Shown here: positions 63,479-64,000 of the stretch, in pieces
Position numbering within the stretch: position 1 is the first letter of the stretch
Layout of the letters: each line of letters opens with the position of its first letter
Virus record (IMG/VR): IMGVR_UViG_3300035696_002928
Span: 20,565-84,564 of that record
Strand: one strand, 5' to 3'
Origin: a virus
Taxonomy: Duplodnaviria; Caudoviricetes
DNA length: 64,000 bases
Translations under genes and position numbers: made by a program
Notes under the pieces: generated by a model
The model's input: only the letters and a program-made list of their open reading frames with translations
Databases searched by the model: none
Told to the model about the DNA's origin: nothing

Positions 63479-64000
63479 ATGCAGCACAACCGACCACGAC
63501 CGCCCGCACCGCCGCCGCGTCAAGGCGGCCCGAAGCCCAGCTTGCCGATGGTCCAGCTTCCCATCTACCGCGTCAAACAGCGGCATCTGGAAGCCTACCT
63601 GGCGAAGGTCTACCGGATGGACGGCTTCGACTTCCTGCTGGCGGTCGGAGCCACGCCGGGGATGTGCCCGGAGTACCGGGTCAGCCCCGCGCTGCCGCCG
63701 GCCTGGAGCGCCCGGCAAGAGGCCGATCGCATCCGCCGCGGCCACCCCTCGCGCAACGTGGGGCTGATCCTCAACGTGCTCTGCCTGGACGGCTACATCC
63801 CGGCGGGGGCGTACACCATCGACACGCACCCCGAGCCGCCCCCAGGCCAGGTCTACCGAGCCTTGCTGATGAAGACCGGCTATCCCGGCCACCCCGACTG
63901 CGTAGCCTTCCGGCGGGAGCACCGCCACGAGCGCGCGTTTATACAACTAGCTGCGCAGATGGACAAGACAGTCTTGGAATGCCAACGAGAGCAGAAGTGA
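63479..64000 (+). CDS. Hypothetical protein
   Basis: ATG 15 nt after a class I motif; ends with TGA at 64000. Confidence 0.6.
   Translation: MQHNRPRPPAPPPRQGGPKPSLPMVQLPIYRVKQRHLEAYLAKVYRMDGFDFLLAVGATPGMCPEYRVSPALPPAWSARQEADRIRRGHPSRNVGLILNVLCLDGYIPAGAYTIDTHPEPPPGQVYRALLMKTGYPGHPDCVAFRREHRHERAFIQLAAQMDKTVLECQREQK

Noticed and set aside
1-64000. Integrated prophage or alternative genetic code
   Set aside because: No integrase, att repeat or host genes seen; genes are full length and tightly coupled under the standard code

Overview
The window is a nearly complete, GC-rich tailed dsDNA phage genome (siphovirus-like: tape measure present, no sheath or baseplate seen). No integrase, rRNA, CRISPR array or host housekeeping genes are visible. 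Layout: (i) 1-19.5 kb, minus strand, replication and accessory arm: HAD nucleotidase, sigma-70-type factor, VRR-NUC nuclease, family-A DNA polymerase, two ParB-like proteins, two metallophosphoesterases, ClpP-like and trypsin-like proteases, tRNA-Asn, SNF2-like helicase, DNA methyltransferase. (ii) 19.7-26 kb, plus strand: primase-helicase, dATP/dGTP diphosphohydrolase-like protein, DEDDh exonuclease, Cys-rich cluster. (iii) 26-63.3 kb, minus strand, virion arm: terminase, portal, collagen-like fibres with a GT4 glycosyltransferase, scaffold, capsid, tail, three tandem paralogous tail proteins, and an envelope cluster of lipoprotein peptidases and thioredoxin-fold proteins. Most notable observations: a J-domain with intact HPD plus DnaJ-type zinc fingers inserted into the DNA polymerase; two families of fixed-spacing intergenic motifs (7 copies) that look like phage promoters or operators; an N-terminal LYLSRAxxACF leader shared by scaffold and capsid; a Cys-rich domain repeated three times. 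All product calls rest on visual motif recognition, with no database searches. The host cannot be determined from the sequence; Planctomycetota is only a guess.
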